From an uncultured virus (IMG/VR IMGVR_UViG_3300025010_000044) (lineage: Duplodnaviria > Heunggongvirae > Uroviricota > Caudoviricetes), in IMG/VR virus record IMGVR_UViG_3300025010_000044: DNA of 64,000 bases, one strand, 5' to 3'. Both the position numbers and the translations under genes were made by a program. How positions within the stretch are numbered: the stretch's first letter is position 1; every line of letters begins with the position of its first letter. The notes under the pieces are model-generated. The model saw nothing but the letters and a program-made list of their open reading frames with translations. It was not told where the DNA came from and ran no database searches. Positions 28,529 to 39,500 of the stretch are shown piece by piece.

Positions 28529-28977
28529 TGGGAAGATTTACGGGCTGGACGGAGGCGGCGGTGAGGCAAGTGGAAAGGAAAGTTGCAAGTGGAAAGATGC
28601 AAGTGACAAGTGAAGAGAGTACGATTAAGAATAAGATTATGATTAAGAAAAAGAAAGGGGAAGATGTTATAGGGAAAATTGTTTCGGCTTTGAGCGCACT
28701 TGGGTTTAAAGCAACAAGGGAATATAAGTTTTTGAGAGACCGCCGTTTCCGGTTTGATGCAGCATTACCAGCTCATCACATTGCAATTGAGTATGAGGGA
28801 GGCACGTACACGAACGGCAGACATACGCGAGGGAAAGGTTATGCGAACGATTGTAAGAAATATACTCTTGCAGCAATGGAAGGGTGGACGTTATTACGGT
28901 TTACGGTGGACGTTACGAAGGAAAAGAATTATGAGTACAGAATAGCCGATGATATTAGGAGGCTAATTGAAAAGTGA
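28528..28977 (+). CDS. PD-(D/E)XK endonuclease (DUF559/Vsr-like)
   Basis: EYKF..RRFRFD.A...IAIEYEGG..GRH.RG.GY..D..KY. Confidence 0.8.
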   Translation: MGRFTGWTEAAVRQVERKVASGKMQVTSEESTIKNKIMIKKKKGEDVIGKIVSALSALGFKATREYKFLRDRRFRFDAALPAHHIAIEYEGGTYTNGRHTRGKGYANDCKKYTLAAMEGWTLLRFTVDVTKEKNYEYRIADDIRRLIEK

Positions 28978-29320
28978 CGGCGACATATTGTTTTTGCGGA
29001 TAAAGAATGTAGCGTTACAGAATCCGCAGCGGGATGAGGAGTTTAAGGATTTGGTGAGAGAGCAAATACCCGGAAGCGAATTCCATCATGTATTTACGAG
29101 TACGGTAGGGATGAAGAGCACGGATTTATTAGGTGTAGCGGTAAGACCGGAAGAGCACAATAAAAACCAAACGAACCGTGATTGGCTGATTGAGCAGATA
29201 CCGGGAGCGATAAGAAATTTAATAATGTACGTGGTTAAACTGAAGAAACAAATTAATCAACTAAAAAAGGAGCTAAGTGATGAGCAAAGTGATGAGCAAA
29301 GTAACAAATCCGTTGGGTGA
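28967..29320 (+). CDS. Hypothetical protein (degenerate HNH/Ref-like)
   Basis: HHVF...KSTD...PEEH. Confidence 0.45.
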   Translation: MKSDGDILFLRIKNVALQNPQRDEEFKDLVREQIPGSEFHHVFTSTVGMKSTDLLGVAVRPEEHNKNQTNRDWLIEQIPGAIRNLIMYVVKLKKQINQLKKELSDEQSDEQSNKSVG

Positions 29321-29546
29321 GATAATAACGGATGAGCAGTACGAACTATTGATGAAAGATGGGTTGTTAAATCCGTTAAGGGTAAGGGACGTAATAATAA
29401 AGAAACGGTACGAAGAATTGAAAAACGGTACGGAGAAAATGTCATCCTCCGAGCGCATAGACAAAATACAGCGCGAGGAATATAAATATTTAACTTTTGA
29501 AACAATCAGAAAAATAGTGATGAACAAATGGGAAAAGAGAAATTAA
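29277..29546 (+). CDS. Hypothetical protein, possibly DNA-binding
   Basis: C-terminal LTFETIRKIV helix. Confidence 0.45.
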   Translation: MMSKVMSKVTNPLGEIITDEQYELLMKDGLLNPLRVRDVIIKKRYEELKNGTEKMSSSERIDKIQREEYKYLTFETIRKIVMNKWEKRN

Positions 29547-30013
29547 AAAGCATAGACGCGGAAAAGATTTTAGAGGAAGCCATAGACATAGCTGAGGGTT
29601 TGGCGAGTGGATATGATAACGAGAACGGAGACGCTATGAGCACTTATCTTAGTGTGTTGGTTACTTACCTTGCCCGTTTGCCGAAGATGGAGGCGGACGC
29701 GGAATATCTGCTGAATTACAGTAAGGGAGATTACGGAGACAAGGAAGCGAACAAGGCAAAAAAGGATCAGATAAGCGCGACTTTGTTTAAGGAGGTAATG
29801 GGGGGAGAGATAGCGGTTTACACAAGGATTTACAGTTTTGTTCACCGGTTGAACCAAAACATAATTGAGATACAGAAATCGGTAATAACGCAGTTGAGTT
29901 ACTTAAAATCTACCATGCCAAGGAACATAAACGAAGGTGAGTTGGTAAAGAAGATTGAGGGCTTAACGCGGGAAGTATCGGCGCTGAAGAAGTGGAAAGA
30001 AGAAACTCTTTAG
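29528..30013 (+). CDS. Hypothetical helical protein
   Basis: In-operon ORF. Confidence 0.5.
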   Translation: MGKEKLKSIDAEKILEEAIDIAEGLASGYDNENGDAMSTYLSVLVTYLARLPKMEADAEYLLNYSKGDYGDKEANKAKKDQISATLFKEVMGGEIAVYTRIYSFVHRLNQNIIEIQKSVITQLSYLKSTMPRNINEGELVKKIEGLTREVSALKKWKEETL

Positions 30014-30057
30014 TTGAAAGTAGCAAGTATAAAGTATAAAGTTGAAAGGAAAGTAAG

Positions 30058-30282
30058 ATGTGTGTAATAGTTTATAAGGAGGATGAAGTAATCGGAACGG
30101 TGGGGGAGTTGAAAAAAGAATTCCCGGACGTGCCGTTAATTCTTTGTAACGGTTATGAGAATAGTGAGGTGAAGGATGAGTATTGTTTATGCCCTATTGA
30201 TTTAGAGCAAATGTTCAAGAAAGCGGGGATAAAATATAAATACGATTATGATTATATCATCTTAAATGAAAGTGAAAAATGA
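30058..30282 (+). CDS. Hypothetical protein (CLCP)
   Basis: RBS; in-operon. Confidence 0.5.
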   Translation: MCVIVYKEDEVIGTVGELKKEFPDVPLILCNGYENSEVKDEYCLCPIDLEQMFKKAGIKYKYDYDYIILNESEK

Positions 30283-30655
30283 AATGTACAACGCAGTTTT
30301 AATAGGAAAAGACCAATGGGTTGTTGGAGTATTGGAAAACCATACTTTTAGAGCATTAAACTCAGATGAAGTGGTAGATGTGTGTAATAAATTGAATGAC
30401 TTTGAGGATAAGGTTTATAGACACCCGAAAAAAGTTATTTACGCACATGTTGTTTGTAATGAAGCTAATCAAGTTGATAAAAACGGTAGGATGTATACCG
30501 AGGAATCATTAAGAAAAGCAGATGGACGAAAAATTCCATTGAGGTCTGTTGATGGTGACAAAATTATTGGCGAAACAGAATTGAAATATGATCCACAGAC
30601 CAAAAGTTTAATGGGGATAGTAACAATAAATAAGAAAAATGAAAGTGAACAATGA
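30266..30655 (+). CDS. Hypothetical protein
   Basis: Overlap coupling; DKNGRMY motif. Confidence 0.5.
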   Translation: MKVKNEMYNAVLIGKDQWVVGVLENHTFRALNSDEVVDVCNKLNDFEDKVYRHPKKVIYAHVVCNEANQVDKNGRMYTEESLRKADGRKIPLRSVDGDKIIGETELKYDPQTKSLMGIVTINKKNESEQ

Positions 30656-30849
30656 AAAAGAAAAAAAAAGAAGAAATAATTTATTTGTTGCGGGATGCAA
30701 GGAACGGGTTTTATGTAGCATCGTTAGGGCATACAACGCAAGCGAGGTATGGAAGAACGTTTACAGAGAAGCAAGCGGAGAAATATTTGGGAAAGCATCC
30801 TGAAGGTTATGAAAAGATTTTGGTGCGGGAATGGGAAAAGGAAGAGTAA
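30652..30849 (+). CDS. Hypothetical protein
   Basis: ATGA coupling. Confidence 0.45.
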   Translation: MKKKKKEEIIYLLRDARNGFYVASLGHTTQARYGRTFTEKQAEKYLGKHPEGYEKILVREWEKEE

Positions 30850-31028
30850 AAAAGAGGATGTGTACGAAGAAAAGGGCTTATAAATATTTCAAGTCGGCTT
30901 TACGGGATGCTGAAAAGTTTAACAGAAGAATTTATCGATGCCCATATTGTAATAATTATCATTTAACATCAACAAAGTTATGGCTGATGAAAATTATCCC
31001 TATTGTAATAGGAATAATTTGCAATTGA
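30831..31028 (+). CDS. Small Zn-finger protein (YRCPYC..YHLT)
   Basis: Common phage motif. Confidence 0.6.
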   Translation: MGKGRVKKRMCTKKRAYKYFKSALRDAEKFNRRIYRCPYCNNYHLTSTKLWLMKIIPIVIGIICN

Positions 31029-31040
31029 AAGGATGAAGTA

Positions 31041-31343
31041 ATGAAAGTAAACGGAGAAGAATTAAATGTCTTGGAAGAAGGGAAAGAAGAATTAACGGAT
31101 GAAACCGTAGCAAAATTCTTTGTGATAAAGAAGCATCTGCAAGAAAACAAATTACCGCCACATGAGAGAAATTATATCCGCTTCTTTTTGGAGATGTACA
31201 AGATAGAGGTTGATATTGAAGAAATGGTGGAGTTTCGCAGCTTTTGTGAAGAGGATTATGCGGGGTGGAAGCAGCAACAGATAGCAGATGAATTTGCGCG
31301 GGGTGGATCGTTTGTAAACTTGAAAGAATTAGGGCTTGAGTAA
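31041..31343 (+). CDS. Hypothetical protein
   Basis: RBS; in-operon. Confidence 0.5.
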   Translation: MKVNGEELNVLEEGKEELTDETVAKFFVIKKHLQENKLPPHERNYIRFFLEMYKIEVDIEEMVEFRSFCEEDYAGWKQQQIADEFARGGSFVNLKELGLE

Positions 31344-31649
31344 ATGAGAGAATTTATTATTTGCGCGGCTATACATTTTAAGGATGGGAAAAAGTATGAA
31401 CATCAACCAAAGAATATTGAGACCGGGATTGTGGTTACAGGAAGACGGCATCATAACTGCTATTTTACCGTGTTTATGTTAAGCGGAGAGAAATGGAACG
31501 CGGTTGATCATGTTCAGGGGTTTTTAACTTCTACGGATATTTTTGTTAATCGTAAGGAAGCTTACCAAATAGCAAAACGGGAAGGGCAGTTGTTTAGCGG
31601 AATGTTGCATGATGATAAACCGACATTGATAAGTGAAGAATTATATTAA
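31344..31649 (+). CDS. Conserved phage protein (ICAAI..GRRH..QGF.TS..FVNR.EA..SEELY)
   Basis: Recognisable uncharacterised phage family motif. Confidence 0.65.
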   Translation: MREFIICAAIHFKDGKKYEHQPKNIETGIVVTGRRHHNCYFTVFMLSGEKWNAVDHVQGFLTSTDIFVNRKEAYQIAKREGQLFSGMLHDDKPTLISEELY

Positions 31650-31673
31650 AACTAAATCTCAAAGGAGAACAAT

Positions 31674-31970
31674 ATGGAAAATCTGTTATGGCAAAAAGAA
31701 AAACCAAATTACGCTTGCGTATTCTTAACAAGATACAACGGCGAATACAATCTTTGGAAGTTCGTTTGGGAACCCGGAGAACCTCCCGAAACTGAACACG
31801 ATGAAGAAAGTACATATTATTATTTAGCGTGGACAGATAAAGACGGCGATACTTGGGATGACATTGAAGAATGCACTTATGATGAATATCTCGTTTTAGA
31901 AAAGCTTCCAACGATGGAACAAGTGCATGGACAGTACATTGAATCTTTAAAACAAAATATTGATTACTGA
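31674..31970 (+). CDS. Hypothetical acidic protein
   Basis: AAAGGAG RBS. Confidence 0.55.
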   Translation: MENLLWQKEKPNYACVFLTRYNGEYNLWKFVWEPGEPPETEHDEESTYYYLAWTDKDGDTWDDIEECTYDEYLVLEKLPTMEQVHGQYIESLKQNIDY

Positions 31971-31982
31971 GAAGGAAGAATT

Positions 31983-32303
31983 ATGAGAGAAGATGAGAAA
32001 ATGTTTTTGATACGGGTGTTTCTCGAAGGTTCGAGAGATGAAAACAATAATTGTCGTGACGAGTATAAATCACCAAGAGATATTATTAACGAAGAAGATT
32101 TCTTTATCCACTATAAACGCGCTTGGTATTTACTGCAAAAATGGGGTAGTAAAGGTTGGTACGACTATGGTGTAACACTTGATTTGGGATGGCTTGAGGA
32201 AGAAGGAATTGAAGCGGCAAAGGCTGTGATTAAGGAAATTCAACAGAGAGACAACCTCATCCCTACCCTTCCCCTTGCCAAGGGGAAGGAGAAGGAAAGT
32301 TGA
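31983..32303 (+). CDS. Phage protein (KRAWYLL.KW..KGWYDYGV.LDLGWL)
   Basis: Conserved-looking motif; the C-terminus runs into a REP-like hairpin. Confidence 0.6.
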   Translation: MREDEKMFLIRVFLEGSRDENNNCRDEYKSPRDIINEEDFFIHYKRAWYLLQKWGSKGWYDYGVTLDLGWLEEEGIEAAKAVIKEIQQRDNLIPTLPLAKGKEKES

Positions 32304-32370
32304 ATTTTCAACCCTTCGGAGAATAAATAAATAAGTAAATCGAATTGTTAATATATAGGAACTCATACCA

Positions 32371-34158
32371 ATGAACGTATTTTTAGATCAAAGCGCAAAA
32401 AATCCCACAGATGCCGAAGAACATGTACTAAGTACGGAGGAATTGTTAGACGATATGCTGATGGATGAACCGCTTCAAAAACGTTTGAGCGAGCAAGGGA
32501 AATCGGGAGGAATTGTTCTTCCTCTTGCGGAGGAGATGAATTCAGTGTTACAAGAGATTGAGGGGTTTACTTTTGAATACAGCGGACAGCAGAAGATAAT
32601 CAATTGGGAAAATAGTGATGTGCCTTACCGTGTACTAAGACGTGCAGGCAGTACGGAAGCGGGAAGGTTGATAAAGAACCAGCGCAGACTTGGTTTAGCG
32701 CAATACGGAAGAGTGCCAAAATCAGACGGGATACAAAGAGGCGCAAAACTAATTTTTAGCGATCCCGATTACGCACCGACAAAGGATGAAAAGCTAAGGT
32801 TAAGATTTTGGGAAGACAAGATTTTTAAGAACTTCTTTTACCCGGCAAACGATAGAGGTGCAAATTTTGCAAAATTTATCGGTAACGCCTATGAGGATTG
32901 GTTTGATTTAGATGACATTACTTGTGAGATACGGCGTGATGGGGTGGGCGATCCGATAGCTATACACTTACAAGACCCTATTATTTATAAACCGGTGCTT
33001 AAGAAAACGAGGATACACCCGGATTGGAGGTTGGGCGATGATTTTATGACACCGTACATGGAGAATTGGGAAGAAATGGTAACGGGTAAACGAGCTTTTC
33101 TTGACGAGGAAAACGTTGAACCGGATTATGTGTTGCATTACAATAACCGCCGGTTAGGAGCGGCAACGGATTACAACGTAAGAAAGTTTCACTTTTTTAC
33201 CAGGAGTGATTTTAGGTTTGCACAAAGGGGTTACGGGATAGTTGAACAATCGATCACCATTCTAACTTACATTATTAACGCGCTGAAGATGAACGCAAGT
33301 AATTTTATGAACAACAAATTACCAAAAGGGTTTGTGTTGTTTACAGGCGGCGGCATTGGAGCGTTGCAGTTAGAGAAATTGAAAAAGGTAATGAGCGCCT
33401 ACATGGGCGGAACCGCACCGAACCGATTTCCGATAATGGGTTTGAACAGTGAGAAAGGGGACGGTAAGTGGGTAGGCATAGGCGGGAACAGTCGCGAAAT
33501 GGAATACCATCTTTGGATTACACTTTTGTTTTCCATTTTTTGCCGGTTGAGTGGAACAGATCCGCGTGAAGTAAGTTTAGGCGCACACAGTGACGCAATA
33601 AGACCGCAAAGTATAGGGGAGAAGAGTGCGGACGGCGTTGTAAACGAAAATAGGGATATGGGTGAAAGGACTTTTCTTACTCACTTAAAGGATTCACTTA
33701 ACGTTACGGACAAGTACGGATTGAACCTCTTTCAGCAGTTGACGCAAATGAAGGTTGAACTTGATTTTGCCGGATTTGAGATTGAGGATAAGAAGTTAAA
33801 GCAAGAAATAACAAAGTTGAACTTACAGACTTTTAAAAGTTTTAATGATGTTTTGGCTGAAGAGGATAAAGAGAAATACACTTTAATGATTGATGAGGAG
33901 ACGAATCTTTTTGACATTCCCGGAGTGAATAGTGAGATAATAAGAGCGGCAGTACAGTTTAAGATGCAATCTTTTGCGCAAAAGCAAACGGCAGAGCAGC
34001 AGCAACAAATGGGCGGAATGCCAGGACAACCGGGAGCAGAACCGGGCGCAGAAGGAGAACAGAACGGAGATGGAGAATTAACGGATGATGATAAAGCGTT
34101 GATTGAAAAATACAAAGGTGCAAGTAATGTCGAGATCGATAAGGAATTGCAGCAATGA
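32371..34158 (+). CDS. Portal protein (SPO1/Twort-like)
   Basis: EIRRD..G.PIA, GYGIVEQ, N..NF.N..LPKG, REMEY..W...L...FC...G.DP.E; Q/G-rich tail. Confidence 0.85.
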   Translation: MNVFLDQSAKNPTDAEEHVLSTEELLDDMLMDEPLQKRLSEQGKSGGIVLPLAEEMNSVLQEIEGFTFEYSGQQKIINWENSDVPYRVLRRAGSTEAGRLIKNQRRLGLAQYGRVPKSDGIQRGAKLIFSDPDYAPTKDEKLRLRFWEDKIFKNFFYPANDRGANFAKFIGNAYEDWFDLDDITCEIRRDGVGDPIAIHLQDPIIYKPVLKKTRIHPDWRLGDDFMTPYMENWEEMVTGKRAFLDEENVEPDYVLHYNNRRLGAATDYNVRKFHFFTRSDFRFAQRGYGIVEQSITILTYIINALKMNASNFMNNKLPKGFVLFTGGGIGALQLEKLKKVMSAYMGGTAPNRFPIMGLNSEKGDGKWVGIGGNSREMEYHLWITLLFSIFCRLSGTDPREVSLGAHSDAIRPQSIGEKSADGVVNENRDMGERTFLTHLKDSLNVTDKYGLNLFQQLTQMKVELDFAGFEIEDKKLKQEITKLNLQTFKSFNDVLAEEDKEKYTLMIDEETNLFDIPGVNSEIIRAAVQFKMQSFAQKQTAEQQQQMGGMPGQPGAEPGAEGEQNGDGELTDDDKALIEKYKGASNVEIDKELQQ

Positions 34159-34445
34159 TAAAAATTAAAATTTGGGGGCAGACTGTTTTAGAAGTAGAGG
34201 GGATTGAAACAAAGGGAACGGTGAATAATTTTCATTATTCTAACTGTGTGTTTGGGCAGCCGATAATTGCAACGATAAAGAAAGAGGAAGGAACGGGAGC
34301 AGAGCGAGAGGTGAAGAGAGAAACGATATCGGAAGAAAAATATCTTAAAATGGTTAAGAAAGTTTCGGATAAAACCGGGATAAATGCAAGTGAAGTAGAA
34401 TGGATATTACGCGAAGCCGAAGGATATTTGGGAGGAGTTGAGTAA
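34155..34445 (+). CDS. Hypothetical protein
   Basis: Coupled to the portal gene. Confidence 0.45.
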   Translation: MIKIKIWGQTVLEVEGIETKGTVNNFHYSNCVFGQPIIATIKKEEGTGAEREVKRETISEEKYLKMVKKVSDKTGINASEVEWILREAEGYLGGVE

Positions 34446-35494
34446 TGTTAATTTCGCCGCTTGACGGAAAAATTCTGCATTTAAAAGAATTAGGAATGAT
34501 TGAGCAAATTCTTTTTGAAGAGGTTATTTCACCCGATGAATTTTATAAAGAGCTAACATCATTTCTGAAGAAGAACTATAACCTTGACGCACGGGCAACT
34601 TTTACAACCGAGGAGTTACAGCAAGTTGATTCTTTTATCAACACCTTTTTTAATACAAGAATAAATGAGGCTAAGGTTTGGCTTTTACGCGCGTATGTGA
34701 TGGGGAGATATTTAGCGCATACTGATTTAACCGGACAAATTTTTAAACTTGGAAATTTAAGCAGCTTACCAAAATATGTAACTGATGCGGCAAAGCAGTA
34801 CGGACTTAGTATTGAGGAGGCAATGGCATTACAGCAGGCGGTAGAGGAAAGCGCCGTGCTGATGACGAACACAACGCAAAGCACCATCCAGACGGTACGT
34901 GAGGTGCTTGTTGAAAATGTTAAGAGAAATGGAGATGCAAAGGACTTAATTACAAAACTCCGTGAGCTGAGCAAGGATGATGTTGGGGAGTTAAACCGGA
35001 ATTGGAAAAGAGTATGTATAACCGAAGCGAATTCGATTTTTGCAAATGGTTATTTATCGATGATACCGGAAGGTGATTACGTTGTTGGAATGAGCATGCC
35101 GGACGCTTGCGGACATTGTACGGAAGTGATCAACGGGCAGGTGTACAAAGTAAGGAAGAACGCGCCGCCGGATTACAGCAACATGAAAGGGGATGAATAT
35201 GAGAAATGGGCGCATGTTTGGGAAACGGAAGTTTGGGCGGGGAAGAATAATTTTGGTCGGAGTACGAGCAATCGAAAACGTATTGATAAGCACAGAGGGA
35301 ACAAAGAAGATAATTTGCGCGATAAAGAACATCATGAATTTTCAATGCCAGCGATTCCAGATCATCCAAATTGCAGATGCAGATGGGTGCATTTTAATCC
35401 TAAGTTTCAATGGGTTGATAGCAACAACCAAATAAGGCTGAGGGTTGAGGATGAAGATGCTTGGGAAAAATGGCATGAAGAGAACATTAGTTAA
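34445..35494 (+). CDS. MuF / SPP1 gp7-like head morphogenesis protein
   Basis: NRNWKRV.ITE, DACGHC, HPNCRCRW. Confidence 0.85.
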   Translation: MLISPLDGKILHLKELGMIEQILFEEVISPDEFYKELTSFLKKNYNLDARATFTTEELQQVDSFINTFFNTRINEAKVWLLRAYVMGRYLAHTDLTGQIFKLGNLSSLPKYVTDAAKQYGLSIEEAMALQQAVEESAVLMTNTTQSTIQTVREVLVENVKRNGDAKDLITKLRELSKDDVGELNRNWKRVCITEANSIFANGYLSMIPEGDYVVGMSMPDACGHCTEVINGQVYKVRKNAPPDYSNMKGDEYEKWAHVWETEVWAGKNNFGRSTSNRKRIDKHRGNKEDNLRDKEHHEFSMPAIPDHPNCRCRWVHFNPKFQWVDSNNQIRLRVEDEDAWEKWHEENIS

Positions 35495-35520
35495 AAGTAG
35501 CAAGTGGAAAGGAAAACGTT

Positions 35521-35688
35521 ATGAACAAATTAATGAATAAAATAAAAGTGTTTTTTAAGGGGTTGTTTCCGAATATCGGTAAAGAAGTTAAGCCGGTTGT
35601 AATTGAGAAGCATGAACCGAGAAAGAGGATTGTTAAAAAGGTAAAGAACGGGACGCAAACGATTAAGGGAAAGGGAAAAAAGAAATGA
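35521..35688 (+). CDS. Small basic protein (55 aa)
   Basis: AAAGGA RBS; ATGA overlap with the next gene; translated by hand. Confidence 0.45.
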   Translation: MNKLMNKIKVFFKGLFPNIGKEVKPVVIEKHEPRKRIVKKVKNGTQTIKGKGKKK

Positions 35689-36080
35689 TACCGGCAATTA
35701 TAACAGGTTTGTTGTTTGTGTTGTTTGCTTCTTTGGCAGAAAGTTTTGAATATGCAGAACGTTACGTGGTAACGGATATTTTGCGGGATAAGTTTTTGAG
35801 TAAGCTCTGGCATTGGTTCCAACTGTTTGAGAGGATATTTGCAATAGTGTTTGGTTTTTGCCTATCGTTCTATTTGATTGGCATAGGCGAGGCTGTTAAG
35901 GTGGTTTTCTTAATAGCCTCAGTTTTTTGGATAGCTTATGACGGGTCGATAAACATTGCGCGAAATAAGAATATCTTTTTTATAAGCGGACAGAGCGCGA
36001 GCGCATTTGATGTTTTTGCTCATCCGGTTTTAAAGATCGGTTTACTAATCACTTCACTTATTATTTTATTGTTTTTATGA
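35685..36080 (+). CDS. Multi-pass membrane protein
   Basis: About four hydrophobic segments. Confidence 0.6.
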   Translation: MIPAIITGLLFVLFASLAESFEYAERYVVTDILRDKFLSKLWHWFQLFERIFAIVFGFCLSFYLIGIGEAVKVVFLIASVFWIAYDGSINIARNKNIFFISGQSASAFDVFAHPVLKIGLLITSLIILLFL

Positions 36081-36093
36081 AAGGAACAAAGCA

Positions 36094-36543
36094 ATGGCGG
36101 ATGGAAAAGACGAACTTACAAAAGAATTTAACAATGAATTCTTTAAAGCGGATTACAACGAGTTTAAGGAAGAGATTAGGAACAGTCACAATATGATTAT
36201 GAAAAAACTTGATTCATTTGATCTTATTTACATTGTAAACGGCGGGAGTGACGGCAAAGAGGTAGGATGGAAGAGGAAGGATTTATTTCAGGTACTTTAT
36301 GACAATGGAGTGAAGAAAACAAAAGCGATGGAAGAAAGTTTTAAGGCGGAAATAAAAAAAATTAGGGAAGAGCTTACAGACCATATGGATAGCGGGTTTA
36401 AGAGCGGGATAGGCAAGTTGAATTGGTGGAGTTCAAAATTATTGCCGATAATAATTTTAGCGGGAGTTATTGTATCGATTATCTTAGTGTTGATAGGGCA
36501 GCATGAGTTAGCGCAAAAAATCCAAAATATTACAAAGAATTAG
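36094..36543 (+). CDS. Membrane-anchored coiled-coil protein
   Basis: C-terminal TM helix. Confidence 0.55.
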   Translation: MADGKDELTKEFNNEFFKADYNEFKEEIRNSHNMIMKKLDSFDLIYIVNGGSDGKEVGWKRKDLFQVLYDNGVKKTKAMEESFKAEIKKIREELTDHMDSGFKSGIGKLNWWSSKLLPIIILAGVIVSIILVLIGQHELAQKIQNITKN

Positions 36544-36554
36544 GAAATAGAAGA

Positions 36555-39500
36555 ATGTTTTTATATAAATTACCGGATTATGAGGGGGGATTTGTTACTA
36601 AGTCTATTGAGTGTAACTGCATTGTTACGCGCGATGATGCAGGGCATTTACTGAATAGTAAACCGGTAAATTGTGTAAAAAAGGGAATGAACACAAATTT
36701 TGGAAAGGTTGTGGATTATTCGAAGAATTTTGTAATTCTTAAAAAGGGGAGTGAGCTTAAAAGGTTAAAAAGGGAAGAGCTAAATAATGTTTTGTTAAAG
36801 AGTTTGGACCAACACGAAGCGGTGCCGGAAGATAAAGAAGAGATGAAAGTATCGGGGAAGTTTGAAACGATTGCCGGGAAAGTATTGGTGAAGAGTGAGA
36901 GAGAAATTATTAGGGATGTATTAACTGATCCGGACAGAGTATTGAGAAAGGGAAAGATAGTTACCTTTATTAAAACGATAAACGGAAAAGAGGTTGAGGC
37001 GAAGGTTGAAGGAAAAGGGATTTTCAATAATACGTTGATGTTAAAAGGAATTACAGAAACGAATTTAACAATTTCAAAAAGACTTTTGTTTAAGGGAGTT
37101 GCGGTAGCTTTTAAAACTCCGAAAGTGTTTAATATTAATCAGTCGGCAGTCAGCAGTGGGCAGTCAGCAGGAGGTGGAACGGCATGGAACGCAAAGGGAG
37201 GAATGAAGCCAAACCACAAATATCTTGAACGTAAACCGGCGAAGAATGGAGACGGATATATTTATCTGTATGAACTTCCTTCCGGTAAAAAGGAATGGAG
37301 AGATGAAGCCGGAAAATCTGTTGAAGGAGAAAGCGCGAAAGGCAGCGCGGATTATCAGTTAGAAGATTTTAAGGTAGGTGATGTAGTTAGACAAGATAAT
37401 AAACTTGGCCGGATAACGGAAACCACAACAAATATGCTTGCGGTAAATTTTGGCGGGGAAATGAAAGTGATCAACAAGAAAGAGCATGTTGAAAAGGTTA
37501 AGCAGCATCAACTGATGAAGGAAGGAGACACGATACAGTATGAGGGGAATGATGCAAAGATATTGAGGATAACGGGCAAAGCGGCATTAATAAACACGGC
37601 AGATAATAAGCTGAAGGTGATCAATCTTGAAAAGCAGTTGGAGAAATACGAACCGCAATCCGCCAAAGGCGGAGGAGAGGGCAGATTAAACAAGTATAGC
37701 GATGTTTACCAGGGTGAAGCAGAGCGAAGAGTAGGTCAAGGAGGAGCGGATAATTACAATATCAGTTATGAAGAGCAGCCGGGGTATAAAGATTTTGTTA
37801 GCGCGGCACAGAAAACGGGATTTGGACGAAAGAACGATCTTGAAATGGTAAAGCGCGTTGAAACAGAAAACGGACTTAGAACGGTAAGATGGAATTACAA
37901 CCCGGAGGATCAGAATATTAGTTTTATGGTTGACGGAAAAGAAGATTATACTATGAACTTTATGGGGAAGAAGTACAAAATTAGGGATATTACGGATGAC
38001 GGGTACAGTTTGGAAGACGCAGAAACCAAGGAACGGGGATTGTTCCTTTCTCACAAAGATTATAATAATGATTTGAAACAACAAAGAGACGAAGAGAGAA
38101 AGAATGTTATAGTTGAAAGATCGGGAGGGGTGAATGGAATTGAAACGGTAAGAGAACCGGCGCGAACATTTAGTTTTAAGCCGGAATATACGGAAGAGGA
38201 ACGGGCAAGATTTGAGAAGCGGGGAGGAAGCAGACCGAGCAGATGGACGCGAAGAAAAGATGAGCCTTTGCAAAGCGAAGAGGAGAAGAAACGATTAACC
38301 GAATTGCAATCTGAAAGGGATAAAAAGAATAAGGAAGTTTTAGGGACAAAAGATTTTGCCGATTTTGAAAAGTTGCATAAGGAGCGGGGTTTTGAAATTG
38401 GGGCAAATAGATTTCACGCGAGCAAAGAAATTGAAGCGGGAGGAAGAACGTTTAGGATAAAGAGTGAGTTTAAACCGGAAAAGATGAGCTGGCAGACTTC
38501 AATTGATGGACCTGTTAAGAAATTACAGTTGGGAGAAAAGCGTTTACCTATTACGGATATTTCAAAAGATAAAGTTTTCTACCATGAAGGGGGAGATGAA
38601 AAAAGTATAACGTTTGATGAGTTGAAAACGATTAACGGGAAAGGTTTGTTTGAGCCGACAAAAGAGAGTAAGGGAATTATAAGTAATTTAGACCCGGTGA
38701 AGATTTATTTTGGTAACGATGATAAGGATGTAACGAGCGGAAGTTATGAGATAGTTGAAGCTGATGAAATAATTGCATCGCATAAAACGGATGGAACGCC
38801 GAACAAAGATTACACAATATCAGACGCGCAGAATAGAGACCGCAGCACCCCGCAAAGTATAGCACAAATAAATAAGATAGCAACGAATCCGAATTTTGAC
38901 TTTTTAAGCGACAGTAAGACCGCCCAGGACGGCGCACCTATTGTTGACGAAGATTATAACGTAATTGCGGGGAACGGGCGAGCATTGGGGGTGCAACTTC
39001 ATTATGGACAAATGGGGAATAAAAACGGAAGTGAGAAAAAACAAAATTTAAGTGCAAAAGATGCGGATAAGAAAATTTTCGATTTGATGAAGCGGATAAT
39101 GCCGCATAGAGAAGATACGCAAGAATCCGCTATAAAATATGCCAAAAATAATCTTGGAGGGGGTAGAAGTGATGTTCTTGTTAAAGAGGGAAAATTAAGT
39201 GCAGATGAATCAAAATTTGTTAGTGAATATGCGAATGGAGATTTTGCAGAGAATAATTTATCTATCGCATTAAATAATAAAAGTGAGAAATACCGAAGTG
39301 ATCTTTTAAAGAACGCTGAAAAGTATGGTTTTAGCCGCGATGATGTTGAGAAGATGAAACAGCCGGTATTGGTAAGGCGAACGAATGTTGATAAAAAGGA
39401 AGCGCAACGATTAGGAGCGATAAGCAATACTTCTCAAATGCTTGCTACAGAGGAACGGGAAGCAGCAAAGGGAAAGGCAACGAGGATTGATGACGCAACG

